From positions 3,234 through 67,233 of the forward strand of contig DODZ01000006.1 in the NCBI GenBank assembly GCA_003524145.1: a stretch of DNA of 64,000 nucleotides, written 5' to 3'. How positions within the stretch are numbered: position 1 is the first letter of the stretch; each line of letters starts with the position of its first letter. Positions 1 through 8,729 of this stretch are shown one piece after another. Source of the stretch: Candidatus Apopatosoma intestinale (GTDB taxonomy: Bacteria > Bacillota > Clostridia > Oscillospirales > CAG-272). Made by a program: the position numbers and the translations under genes. The notes under the pieces were generated by a model. That model did not search any database, had not been told where the DNA came from, and worked only from the letters and a program-made list of their open reading frames with translations.

Positions 1-47
1 ACGAGGCGGGCTTCAGGAAAAACAAATAAAAGCACAACGCAAAGGCG

Positions 48-833
48 GTGAAGCAAATGGAAGTATTATTCGGAATATTGATTCCTTTTATCGGGACAGC
101 ACTCGGCTCGGCGTGCGTGTTCTTTATGAAAAGATCTCTCGGCGATTTGGTACAGCGTGCGCTTGCAGGCTTTGCCGCCGGAGTGATGGTGGCAGCGTCG
201 ATCTGGAGCCTGCTGATCCCTGCCATCGAACAGTCGGAGGGCATGGGAAAGCTGTCGTTCCTTCCTGCCTTTGTCGGTTTTTGGGTCGGCGTGCTGTTTT
301 TGCTCCTGCTCGACCGTCTGATTCCCCACCTTCATATCGGAAGCGATAAGGCTGAGGGTCCGAAAAGCAAGCTCGGGCGCACGACGATGATGGTGCTTGC
401 GGTGACCTTACATAACATTCCGGAGGGAATGGCAGTCGGCGTGATGTATGCGGGCTTTCTTGCGGGAAACTCACAGATCACTGCTGCAAGCGCGCTTGCC
501 CTGTCTCTCGGCATTGCCATTCAGAATTTTCCCGAGGGTGCGATCATCTCCATGCCTCTCAAGGCTGAGGGGCAAAAGAAAAGCAAGGCGTTTCTCGGCG
601 GCGTTCTTTCCGGCGTTGTCGAACCTGTCGGCGCGGTGCTGACGCTTCTAGCGGCGCAGCTTGTGATTCCGGCGCTGCCGTATTTTCTGAGCTTTGCCGC
701 AGGCGCGATGCTCTATGTTGTGGTAGAAGAACTGATACCGGAAATGTCTCAGGGAAAACATTCCAACATCGGGACGATTTTCTTTGCCGTCGGCTTCAGC
801 ATCATGATGACGCTGGATGTGGCGTTGGGATAA
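48..833 (+). CDS. ZIP-family divalent metal (zinc) transporter, ZupT-like
   Basis: 261-aa polytopic ORF with paired motifs HNIPEGMAVG and QNFPEGA, typical of ZIP/ZupT permeases. The start is GTG at 48 or ATG at 57. Confidence 0.85.
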   Translation: MKQMEVLFGILIPFIGTALGSACVFFMKRSLGDLVQRALAGFAAGVMVAASIWSLLIPAIEQSEGMGKLSFLPAFVGFWVGVLFLLLLDRLIPHLHIGSDKAEGPKSKLGRTTMMVLAVTLHNIPEGMAVGVMYAGFLAGNSQITAASALALSLGIAIQNFPEGAIISMPLKAEGQKKSKAFLGGVLSGVVEPVGAVLTLLAAQLVIPALPYFLSFAAGAMLYVVVEELIPEMSQGKHSNIGTIFFAVGFSIMMTLDVALG

Positions 834-841
834 GGAGGCAA

Positions 842-979
842 ATGATGATTGTACAAGTGATTTTGGAAGGACTGGGTCTGGGCATTCTGCTCATTCTCGT
901 TTGCGCCGTTGGTATCCGCAAGGGCGCGGTTGGTATTGATATGCACCACAAAAGTAAGATACTTACACTACTACAATAA
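842..979 (+). CDS. 45-codon hydrophobic ORF: either a small membrane protein or the 5' remnant of a truncated gene
   Basis: AAGGAGG (832-838) lies 4 nt before ATG 842. The product MMIVQVILEGLGLGILLILVCAVGIRKGAVG... looks like a TM helix and then ends in a non-hydrophobic tail. It is too short for the supplied ORF track. Confidence 0.25.
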   Translation: MMIVQVILEGLGLGILLILVCAVGIRKGAVGIDMHHKSKILTLLQ

Positions 980-1101
980 CAAGAGAGTCTCTCTCAAATT
1001 AAAAGGAATGAGTCCGGTTCAATTCCGAACTCATTCACAAATAATTTGATATTTAATTTTTTGTCTGAACTTTTGGGTTCACTTCAGGTGGTCGGTGCAT
1101 T

Positions 1102-1617
1102 TCAACTTTTTCGATTATCGTTTTCCGTGTTATGTTCCGAAAGCAGTTTCTCAATCTGCGTCTGACGGGCAAGGATTGCATTTACTTTGTCATAGAGATC
1201 CTCTATCATAATCTCGGTTTTCAGGTTGACCTTATAATCGTTTTCCGCGCGGCGCCTATCTTTTTCTTCTTGCCTGTTCTGACTCATCATAATCAGCGGT
1301 GCCTGAATTGCCGCTACGCAGGACAGAACAAGATTCAGAAGAATAAACGGATATGGGTCAAATGCATTTGACGCAAGTATTATATTGATAACCATCCATA
1401 TGACAAGTACGCCGACAAATGAGAAAATAAACGCCCAACTGCCCGCAAATTTTGCAATGGTATCGGCAGCCCGCTGACCGAGTGTGTATTTTTCCTTCTC
1501 CTTTTCGGGACTTACTGAAATTTTACTGTCAGCCAGAAGGTTCAGAACTTCTTCATCCGTCATATCGTGACGGATATCCTTCAGCACCTCTTTCAATAGT
1601 TTTCTGTTTTCTTTCAT
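1102..1617 (-). CDS. DUF1003-like membrane protein
   Basis: 171 aa with two central TM helices (WAFIFSFVGVLVIWMVINIIL, ILLNLVLSCVAAIQAPLIMMSQNRQ) followed by a charged coiled tail. This architecture is recalled for DUF1003. Confidence 0.65.
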   Translation of the reverse strand: MKENRKLLKEVLKDIRHDMTDEEVLNLLADSKISVSPEKEKEKYTLGQRAADTIAKFAGSWAFIFSFVGVLVIWMVINIILASNAFDPYPFILLNLVLSCVAAIQAPLIMMSQNRQEEKDRRRAENDYKVNLKTEIMIEDLYDKVNAILARQTQIEKLLSEHNTENDNRKS

Positions 1618-1808
1618 AATTGCTTTTTCTGCTTCCTCTCTTTATTATTAATTATCAGTTTGCCGCCTCATACGGCAAAATCATAAAGTTATCGCAAATT
1701 TTCCCTATGCGTTGCGGAACCGTTTTGCGGTCATGAGGCTCCGGTATTTCCTCCGAAATGATTACATTCAAGCCGAATTCCTCTTTATACCATGTTTAAG
1801 TCTTTATG

Positions 1809-4448
1809 TTATATTTTTGCCGTAAATGTATATTTGCCGGAGGGGAGGTCGGCTTTTATCTCCGGCATATCGCATGGTGTAAATCTAACGGCATTGCCGC
1901 TTGCCGTGAGTTTTTCCACAAAGGGTGTATGCGCAGCACCCGCGAAAGCATCATCAAGGTACATCGGCAGAAAGAGTGTCGCATGAGAGCCGGAGGGAAC
2001 AGTCAGCGAGAGGCGGAGCGTTTTGCCGTCATTTTCAAAATCGCTTATCGCCTTTCCGTAAGGAGTTTCGACAGAGCAATGCACCTTTTCTATACCGCAT
2101 CCGACAGCGGGGCGGAGAATGATATGCTCATATGCGGGCATGTCGTCATCTGCCGAGATACCGCCGATATACTTATAGAAGAAAGCGGAAACATCGGAAA
2201 ACATGTGGTGGTTTCGCGAGCCGAGACCGTTCCAGCATTCCCAGAGCGTATTTGCGCCCATATCGATCCAGTGCTTATAGCTCGGGAAGGTAGGATTTTT
2301 TATGAGTTCGAGCGCGGTGCGTACCTCGCCGCACATACCGAGCGCATTGAAAACGGCTTTGTTTCCGAGCACGCCGAAATCAAGATGTCCGTTCTGTTCG
2401 GATATCTGCTCCTTGAGGCGTGCTATGAGCGGTGCGTATTCTTCCTTTTCACAAAGTCCATGATATATCATAACGCCTGTTGCCGTCTGGCAATTGCCCT
2501 TTACCGTATGCGTGCTTTCATCATATAGCTTGCTTCGGAAGGCTTTCTTTATGCTGTCGGCAAGGGCGGTATATTTCTTTTCATCATCTGCTTTGCCGAG
2601 AAGCTTTGCCCAGCGTGCGAGCGTGCGGACGGCGGTGTGATAGTAGCCTGTATCGGTTACGGCGACAGGACACTTGAAAGAGCCCATATTCACGCTTATT
2701 GCCTCACCCTCAAATGGGGCGCACCAGTCGCCAAGCCCGTAATTTGCTATGCCGTCTATAGCCATCTGCGTAATATGTGAGCAGTGACGGCGGAGCATAT
2801 CGTAGTTTTCTCTCAGGTATGAAAGGTCACCTGTCGCCCGATAGAGGAATGCGGCGGAATCTACTATGGTGCTTGCCCAGTCGGGGCCGTTGAGTGAGTT
2901 GAAGCCCCAGCCCGTGGAGGGAACAACGCAGGGAACGGCACCTGCCGGCGTCTGTGCATCACGGAGGTCAAGCAGCCATCTGTTCATAAACTGCTCGGAG
3001 GCGAAGTTTATGAGCAGCTGTTCGCTCGAGAAGCCCGCATCGCCTATCCACGATGTTTTTTCACGGACGGCATCGGAAGCTATCGTATTCATGGTACATG
3101 AGCGCGTAGACTCTATGCACATTTTCTGAACCTTATTTATCGTTTCGTCCGAGGTGGTAAATTCGCCTCTGTCGCGCAGATTATTTGAAAGCGAAAGAGC
3201 CACGACATCGGAGAGCTGTCTGTTTTCGTCTCCGCCGGCTATCTCTGCATACTGGAAGCCGTGATATGTAAATTCCGAATGCCATACCTCGGGTTCATCG
3301 CTTTTCTTTGTATAAACCTCGGTCTGGAAAGTATAGTTTTTTATGAAGCAGCTGAGCGGCCACTGGGTAAGCTTGCCGTCCTTATCGAGAAGGTCGCAGT
3401 ATTTTATCGTTATCCTGTCGCCCTTCTTGCCGCGCAGCGTGAGCAGGCAGATACCCGCCTGATTCTGACCGATATCAAAGAGCGTTTTGCCGTCATAATT
3501 TTTCATGCGAACGGCAGGGCGGCGCATGCGGAGTGTTATCGGTTCCATTTCCATCAGCAAAAGCTCACCGCCTGCGGGACGAACCATACGCGCATTTTTC
3601 CAGCCTTCGCCGCATGTATATCCGTATGTATCCCAGCCCGGCATCTCGAGGTTGGCATCGTATTCTTCGCCGTGGCGTATACCATTGAAGGTGATGGAGC
3701 CGCGTGAGCTCTGCCATGAGGGGTCGCTCGAGATTATTTCTTTTTCGCCGTTTTCGTATTCAATATGCAGTTCGCATATCATTTTCGGAACATCGCGCCA
3801 CGGTGCGAAGCGGGATTGCCACGGATCATCCGTAAAGCAATTGTAAAATCCGTTTCCGAGCACCACGCCTATTGCGTTTTTCTTCGCGAGCTTATCTTTT
3901 ACATCAAAGGCGCGATAGAAAATATGCTTGCTGTAATCGGTATAGGGAGTGGATAGATATTCCTCGTTTACGCGCTTGCCGTTTATCGTGCAGACAAAAT
4001 ATCCGAGTCCGCAGATATAGAGCATGGCGTCCTTTACCGTTCCCGAGAGTGTAAAATCCTTTCTCAGATAGGGGGCTGCGAGCGCATCGTCGCGCTTGCG
4101 AAGAAAATATCCCGTTATCCACTTTGCCTGCCATTCGCCGCCCATTTTTCCTGTACGAAAGGACGAGCAGGCAGAAGATCTGTTTCCGTTTTCATCTGTT
4201 ATCTCGACATGGCAGAGATAGCGGGAAAGCGGCTCGGTTTTCTCCTCCATATGGATATAACTGCGCTTTTCGCTTTCTACCGCGCCGGATGTCCAGACCA
4301 CACTGCCGTTTTCGCGCGTCACCGTTACGCAGTAGATTTTCTGATGCCCGGCAGGGCTTCCGTCAAGCTCCCATGAGAAAAACGGATTGCTGTCAATGAC
4401 AGGAGAGCGCAGATTATTTACTCTTAACGAATTTTCCTTGATTTTCAT
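1809..4448 (-). CDS. alpha-L-rhamnosidase (GH78-like)
   Basis: 879 aa. The N-terminus LRVNNLRSPVIDSNPFFSWEL and the W-x-A-K-W-I motif resemble bacterial GH78 N-terminal domains. Size fits an (alpha/alpha)6 catalytic region. Confidence 0.75.
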   Translation of the reverse strand: MKIKENSLRVNNLRSPVIDSNPFFSWELDGSPAGHQKIYCVTVTRENGSVVWTSGAVESEKRSYIHMEEKTEPLSRYLCHVEITDENGNRSSACSSFRTGKMGGEWQAKWITGYFLRKRDDALAAPYLRKDFTLSGTVKDAMLYICGLGYFVCTINGKRVNEEYLSTPYTDYSKHIFYRAFDVKDKLAKKNAIGVVLGNGFYNCFTDDPWQSRFAPWRDVPKMICELHIEYENGEKEIISSDPSWQSSRGSITFNGIRHGEEYDANLEMPGWDTYGYTCGEGWKNARMVRPAGGELLLMEMEPITLRMRRPAVRMKNYDGKTLFDIGQNQAGICLLTLRGKKGDRITIKYCDLLDKDGKLTQWPLSCFIKNYTFQTEVYTKKSDEPEVWHSEFTYHGFQYAEIAGGDENRQLSDVVALSLSNNLRDRGEFTTSDETINKVQKMCIESTRSCTMNTIASDAVREKTSWIGDAGFSSEQLLINFASEQFMNRWLLDLRDAQTPAGAVPCVVPSTGWGFNSLNGPDWASTIVDSAAFLYRATGDLSYLRENYDMLRRHCSHITQMAIDGIANYGLGDWCAPFEGEAISVNMGSFKCPVAVTDTGYYHTAVRTLARWAKLLGKADDEKKYTALADSIKKAFRSKLYDESTHTVKGNCQTATGVMIYHGLCEKEEYAPLIARLKEQISEQNGHLDFGVLGNKAVFNALGMCGEVRTALELIKNPTFPSYKHWIDMGANTLWECWNGLGSRNHHMFSDVSAFFYKYIGGISADDDMPAYEHIILRPAVGCGIEKVHCSVETPYGKAISDFENDGKTLRLSLTVPSGSHATLFLPMYLDDAFAGAAHTPFVEKLTASGNAVRFTPCDMPEIKADLPSGKYTFTAKI

Positions 4449-4573
4449 AAAAAATTCCTTTCGGACTTATTTTCTGTGGCTATAGTTTAACAGAAATCAG
4501 GGATAAAATCAATTATAAAAACGAAAATAAACATGAAAATACAATTTTATTTAAGATAAATACAAGCATTCGT

Positions 4574-4602
4574 TTGACAAGAGAGCGATTTTTTGATAAA
4601 AT
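4574..4602 (+). promoter_or_regulatory. sigma-A-type promoter
   Basis: TTGACA (4574-4579), 17-nt spacer, TAAAAT (4597-4602), with TG at the -15/-14 position. Confidence 0.5.
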
Positions 4603-4614
4603 ACGTAAAAAGGG

Positions 4615-6219
4615 GTGAATGACTTGAAGTTTTTCGGATTTGCAAGACGGAATTATCATATAGCGGTTTTTACGCTGTTTGTCGCTTTTGTCGCGGTGAC
4701 GATGAGCTTTACCGTGGCATACGGCGACGATTATTATTACGGCTCGTTTTTCTACGAGGGATTTTCGCATTTCGCAGACGAAAACATCATTCATTATATG
4801 AAAACAAACGGGCGCGCGCTTGTTCATCTGCTCGATGAGCTGCTCCTCGCGGGCGGGCAGATGGTTGCGTGGCGTATTTTCGGTACGCTCTGCATAGCCG
4901 CCGTCACTTTGCTTTCGGCGCTCATAGGTGCAAAGGCTTACAGAAACGGAACCGACACCGAGGAATTTCGCATAGCGCTTGTCGCTTCATGCCTGCTTTT
5001 TGCCTCTATTTCGCTTGATATCGCGCGGCAGAGCATCTATTGGGCGACAGGCGCGCTCAATTATCTCTATCCGATTCTGCTCCTGCTTTTGCTTTTCTAT
5101 CTCATAAAATGCTCGGAGGAGAAAGGAAAATGCGGTGCCGCCGTGCCTGTGCTTGCCTTTTTCTGCGCATTCTCGACGGAGCAATGCTCCGCAGGGGCTA
5201 TAGCCGTAGTGGCTTATGCCTTCATCCTGCGCCTTAAAGCAAAGAAGAAGCCCGATGCCGCCATGTATTTTGCGGCTTTCTCGGTCGCGCTCGGTGCAGC
5301 TTTTCTTTTCTTTGCTCCCGGCAATTCCGTGCGCATGACATACTATCCCGATTTCTATGCGAAGTCGCTTGCCGAGCGCATAGCCGGCAATATTCCCGCT
5401 GTGGCAAACGGCATGACGGGGAAGAGCGGCATGGGAACTGCGCTCGTCTTTCTTTTTGCATGCCATATCGGAATGTCGTTTTATAAAATAAAGGAAAAAC
5501 GAGAAATCCGGCGCATAATTCCGATAGCGCTTTGTGCCGCCTCTGCCGCGCTCATCGCCATAGACGGAGAAGGTACTGCTTCAGGCGCGATAAGAGCGGC
5601 TTTTGCTCTCGCTGCACTCGCGGAAATCGTCGCGGAAAAGACAGTCGCATTTTTTCGCGATGGTGACGACAGTGCTTTCTTTATACTGCTTTCCGTAGCG
5701 CTTCAGGCTTGTATGCTCGTTTCGCCGGAATACGGCGGCAGGACAATTCTCGTTTCCGTCGTGCTTCTTTTTCCTGCTATACTTGACGGCATCTGCAAAA
5801 GAAAGGTTTCGCTGATATTGACGGCAGTCGCGGCGGCATTTCTTTTCTCATATGGGCACTTTGTGCTTGCCGCAATATCCGTCTTTGCGCTTGCCGCTGT
5901 AATATTCGCGCTTGTAAAGAAGAAAGAGGCGTCCCTCGCGTTTCTGCTTGGAGTGCTTTGCGCACTTTGTTTTGACAGCATGCTGTCGTTTGCCTGCGGC
6001 TACGGCGAAAACTATGCGGTACACAGAGAGAACGCGGCTCGCATAGAGCAGTGGAAGGCGGCAGGCGACGAAACGGCACTCCTGCATCTCAAATATCTCA
6101 AAAACGGTGAGTACAAATACATCATGCCTTATGACAATGTTCCGTACCACTGGAACTGGTATAAAGCCTATAATCGCCTGCCTCTTTCGGTCGAAATGAC
6201 ATTCGATTTTCCGGATTGA
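4615..6219 (+). CDS. polytopic integral membrane protein of unknown function
   Basis: 534-aa ORF with many hydrophobic segments. The start is uncertain: GTG 4615 abuts the GGGG of the RBS, and TTG 4624 is better spaced. Confidence 0.6.
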   Translation: MNDLKFFGFARRNYHIAVFTLFVAFVAVTMSFTVAYGDDYYYGSFFYEGFSHFADENIIHYMKTNGRALVHLLDELLLAGGQMVAWRIFGTLCIAAVTLLSALIGAKAYRNGTDTEEFRIALVASCLLFASISLDIARQSIYWATGALNYLYPILLLLLLFYLIKCSEEKGKCGAAVPVLAFFCAFSTEQCSAGAIAVVAYAFILRLKAKKKPDAAMYFAAFSVALGAAFLFFAPGNSVRMTYYPDFYAKSLAERIAGNIPAVANGMTGKSGMGTALVFLFACHIGMSFYKIKEKREIRRIIPIALCAASAALIAIDGEGTASGAIRAAFALAALAEIVAEKTVAFFRDGDDSAFFILLSVALQACMLVSPEYGGRTILVSVVLLFPAILDGICKRKVSLILTAVAAAFLFSYGHFVLAAISVFALAAVIFALVKKKEASLAFLLGVLCALCFDSMLSFACGYGENYAVHRENAARIEQWKAAGDETALLHLKYLKNGEYKYIMPYDNVPYHWNWYKAYNRLPLSVEMTFDFPD

Positions 6220-6251
6220 ACAAAAAATATGAATTTTTTTCAAAAAACCTC

Positions 6252-6280
6252 TTGACAAATCGGAAAAGCTGTGATATTAT
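6252..6280 (+). promoter_or_regulatory. sigma-A-type promoter of the amino-acid ABC operon
   Basis: TTGACA, 17-nt spacer, TATTAT, with an upstream TG. Confidence 0.5.
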
Positions 6281-6344
6281 CGTATCAACGTTTTAACATA
6301 GTAAAACGCTAAAACAAAACTATACGGAACAGAGGTATAATGAA

Positions 6345-7151
6345 ATGAAAAAAATTGTTTCCCTTATTCTTGCCGCGGCTATGGCGGTGATGATGCTTTT
6401 TGCTTTTGCTTCATGCGGCAAAAAGGATGATGACACACTCGTTTGCGGCGTCACGCTTGTCGACCGCATAAATTACAAGGACGAAAACGGAGAATGGGTA
6501 GGTTTTGACAGCGATTTTGCCAAGGAAGTCGGCAAAATCATCGGCATGAAGGTGGAATTTCAGGAGATACAGTGGGAGCAGAAGTACAATGAGCTTTCCT
6601 CCGGCGCAATCGACTGCATCTGGAACGGCTTCACGGCAAACAGCTCCGATAACGGCACGCCGAGAAAAGAGCTTGTCGATTTTTCATACGGCTATATGCT
6701 CAATCAGCAATGCGTAGTGGTAAAGAAATCAAATCTCGACAGCTACAAGAGCGAGGCTGATCTTGTCGGCAAGACGGCTGTGGTTGAATCGGGCAGCGCA
6801 GGTCAGAGCTATGCCGACGGTGCTGTCGGTGACAGCGGTAAGGTTATCAAGGCGGCAGCACAGATAAACACATTCACAGAGGTAAAATCCGGTGCGGCTG
6901 ATTTTGCGGTAGTCGATATTATCCTCGCGCAGAATGTCTGCGGCAAGGGCAACTACGATGATCTCTGCATAGTGAACGCAATAGAGCTCGAATCCGAGAT
7001 ATATGCAATCGGCTTCCGCCGCGGCAGTGACCTCACAGCCAAGGTAAACGAGGCTATCAAAACTCTGCGCGACAACGGAAAGCTTCTCGAAATCGCAAAG
7101 AAATACGGACTCGAAAACAGCCTTTCCGTTCAGGAAACGATTAACTATTGA
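6345..7151 (+). CDS. amino-acid ABC transporter substrate-binding lipoprotein (SBP family 3)
   Basis: Lipobox LFAFASCG. 268 aa, the usual size and pattern of polar amino-acid binding proteins. It is followed by a cognate permease and ATPase. Confidence 0.85.
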   Translation: MKKIVSLILAAAMAVMMLFAFASCGKKDDDTLVCGVTLVDRINYKDENGEWVGFDSDFAKEVGKIIGMKVEFQEIQWEQKYNELSSGAIDCIWNGFTANSSDNGTPRKELVDFSYGYMLNQQCVVVKKSNLDSYKSEADLVGKTAVVESGSAGQSYADGAVGDSGKVIKAAAQINTFTEVKSGAADFAVVDIILAQNVCGKGNYDDLCIVNAIELESEIYAIGFRRGSDLTAKVNEAIKTLRDNGKLLEIAKKYGLENSLSVQETINY

Positions 7152-7170
7152 TTGACAAAGGATAAGTAAG

Positions 7171-7818
7171 ATGAGTTTTGCGGAAGTTACGCTGAGCCTG
7201 CTTTCGGGGCTGAAAACAACCTGCCTTATATTCGCGTTGACGCTGGTGATAGCGTTGCCGCTCGGCTTGATAATAGCATGGGGCTCCATGTCGCGTTTCA
7301 AGCCGCTCTCATACCTTGTAAAGGTTTTTGTCTGGATAATACGCGGTGTGCCGCTGATGCTGCAGATATTTGTAGTATTCTATGTCCCGGGTTTTGTGTT
7401 CGGAGCACCCGTATCATCGCGCTTTACCGCTGTAATAATAGCATTTGCCATAAATTATGCCTGCTATTTCTCCGAAATCTATCGCGGGGGAATAGAGAGC
7501 ATACCCGCAGGGCAGTATGAGGCAGGGCAGGTTCTCGGCATGACAAAGGCGCAGATATTTTTCCGCGTTGTTCTCATGCAGGTAGTCAAGCGTATACTCG
7601 CCCCCATGTCAAACGAGGTGATAACCCTTGTCAAGGACACGGCGCTCGCCCGCGTCATTCTCGTCGCCGAGGTTTTGAAATGCGCCGAGGATCTGATGAG
7701 CATGCGAGGACTCATATGGCCGCTCTTCTATGCGGGCGTATTCTATCTCATTTTCGTCGGACTGCTCACGCTCCTTTTCGGTTATCTGGAAAAGAAGCTT
7801 GCTTACTATAAAATATGA
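7171..7818 (+). CDS. amino-acid ABC transporter permease
   Basis: 215 aa and about 5 TM segments. Carries an EAA-like loop (EAGQVLGMTKAQIFFRVVL) typical of HisM/GlnP-type permeases. Confidence 0.85.
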   Translation: MSFAEVTLSLLSGLKTTCLIFALTLVIALPLGLIIAWGSMSRFKPLSYLVKVFVWIIRGVPLMLQIFVVFYVPGFVFGAPVSSRFTAVIIAFAINYACYFSEIYRGGIESIPAGQYEAGQVLGMTKAQIFFRVVLMQVVKRILAPMSNEVITLVKDTALARVILVAEVLKCAEDLMSMRGLIWPLFYAGVFYLIFVGLLTLLFGYLEKKLAYYKI

Positions 7819-8624
7819 TGGAGAAGAAAATGGCATTTCTTGAAGTAAAGGGCTTGGAAAAATATTTCAACGATACGCAGGTTCTGCGCGGTGTGGATTT
7901 CACGCTGGAAAAGGGGCAGGTGCTGAGCATCATAGGCTCCTCCGGAAGCGGAAAAACAACGCTCCTTCGCTGTCTGAATTTTCTCGAGACGCCCGATAAA
8001 GGTGAAATTATTATAAACGGGCAGAAGGTTTTCTCCGCGGATGACACATCGCGCATGAAAAGCTCCGAGCTTCGAGAGAAGAGGCTTCATTTCGGACTTG
8101 TTTTCCAGTCGTTCAATCTTTTTCCGCAGTATACGGTTTTTGAAAATCTGACTCTCGCGCCGAAAATGCGTGCAGCAGAGACGGCAAAGCGCGAAAAACT
8201 CAGCGGCGAAGCGAAAAAGAGCCTTTACGACAAGGTAGATGCGGATGCCGAGGCACTTCTTTCCAAGGTAGGGCTTTCGCAGAAGAGAAATTCATACCCA
8301 TGCGAGCTTTCGGGGGGACAGCAGCAGAGGGTATCTATTGCGAGAGCTCTGATGCAGAGTCCCGATGTTCTTTGCTTTGATGAGCCGACAAGCGCACTCG
8401 ATCCGGAGCTTACGGGCGAGGTGCTAAAGGTTATCCGCGAGCTTCGGGACAGCGAGAGAACCATGATTATCGTCACTCACGAAATGGATTTCGCCCGCAA
8501 GGTTTCTGATAAGATTATGTTTATGAGTGAGGGAATTGCCGCTGCGTACGGAACTCCGGAGGAGCTTTTCTCGGGAAACGGGAACGAAAGGCTTTCTTCA
8601 TTTCTCAATGCTTTCGACAAATAA
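7815..8624 (+). CDS. amino-acid ABC transporter ATP-binding protein
   Basis: Walker A GSSGSGKTT, signature LSGGQQQRVSIARA, Walker B LCFDEPTSALD. Its start overlaps the permease stop (ATGA). Confidence 0.9.
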   Translation: MMEKKMAFLEVKGLEKYFNDTQVLRGVDFTLEKGQVLSIIGSSGSGKTTLLRCLNFLETPDKGEIIINGQKVFSADDTSRMKSSELREKRLHFGLVFQSFNLFPQYTVFENLTLAPKMRAAETAKREKLSGEAKKSLYDKVDADAEALLSKVGLSQKRNSYPCELSGGQQQRVSIARALMQSPDVLCFDEPTSALDPELTGEVLKVIRELRDSERTMIIVTHEMDFARKVSDKIMFMSEGIAAAYGTPEELFSGNGNERLSSFLNAFDK

Positions 8625-8653
8625 AAATCGGAGTCTTATTTTCGGTTTTGATG

Positions 8654-8682
8654 TTGACTTATACCTTTGTTTAGTTTATAAT
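8654..8682 (+). promoter_or_regulatory. sigma-A-type promoter
   Basis: TTGACT (8654-8659), 17-nt spacer, TATAAT (8677-8682). Confidence 0.45.
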
Positions 8683-8718
8683 GTAGGTGCTTAAAAGAGC
8701 GCCTGCATTATTTTTTTT
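8683..8718 (+). terminator. hairpin plus U8 run, probably the terminator of the upstream ABC operon
   Basis: GUAGGUGC-UUAAAAGA-GCGCCUGC (8 bp including 2 G.U pairs) followed by AUUAUUUUUUUU. Confidence 0.4.
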
Positions 8719-8729
8719 GGGAGGTTTTT

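Noticed and set aside
941-1100. A ~160-bp segment bracketed by a short inverted repeat, considered as a MITE.
   Set aside because: The inverted repeat is only 7 bp perfect (9 of 10 with an indel). There is no target-site duplication and no second copy in this window. It could be chance, so it is kept only as part of a low-interest finding.
8683-8718. Hairpin plus U8 between the promoter and RBS of the 1034-aa gene, considered as a transcription attenuator.
   Set aside because: The predicted TSS (about 7 nt after the -10 at 8677-8682) falls inside the 5' arm, so the hairpin cannot form in that transcript. It is more simply the terminator of the upstream ABC operon, overlapping the next promoter.
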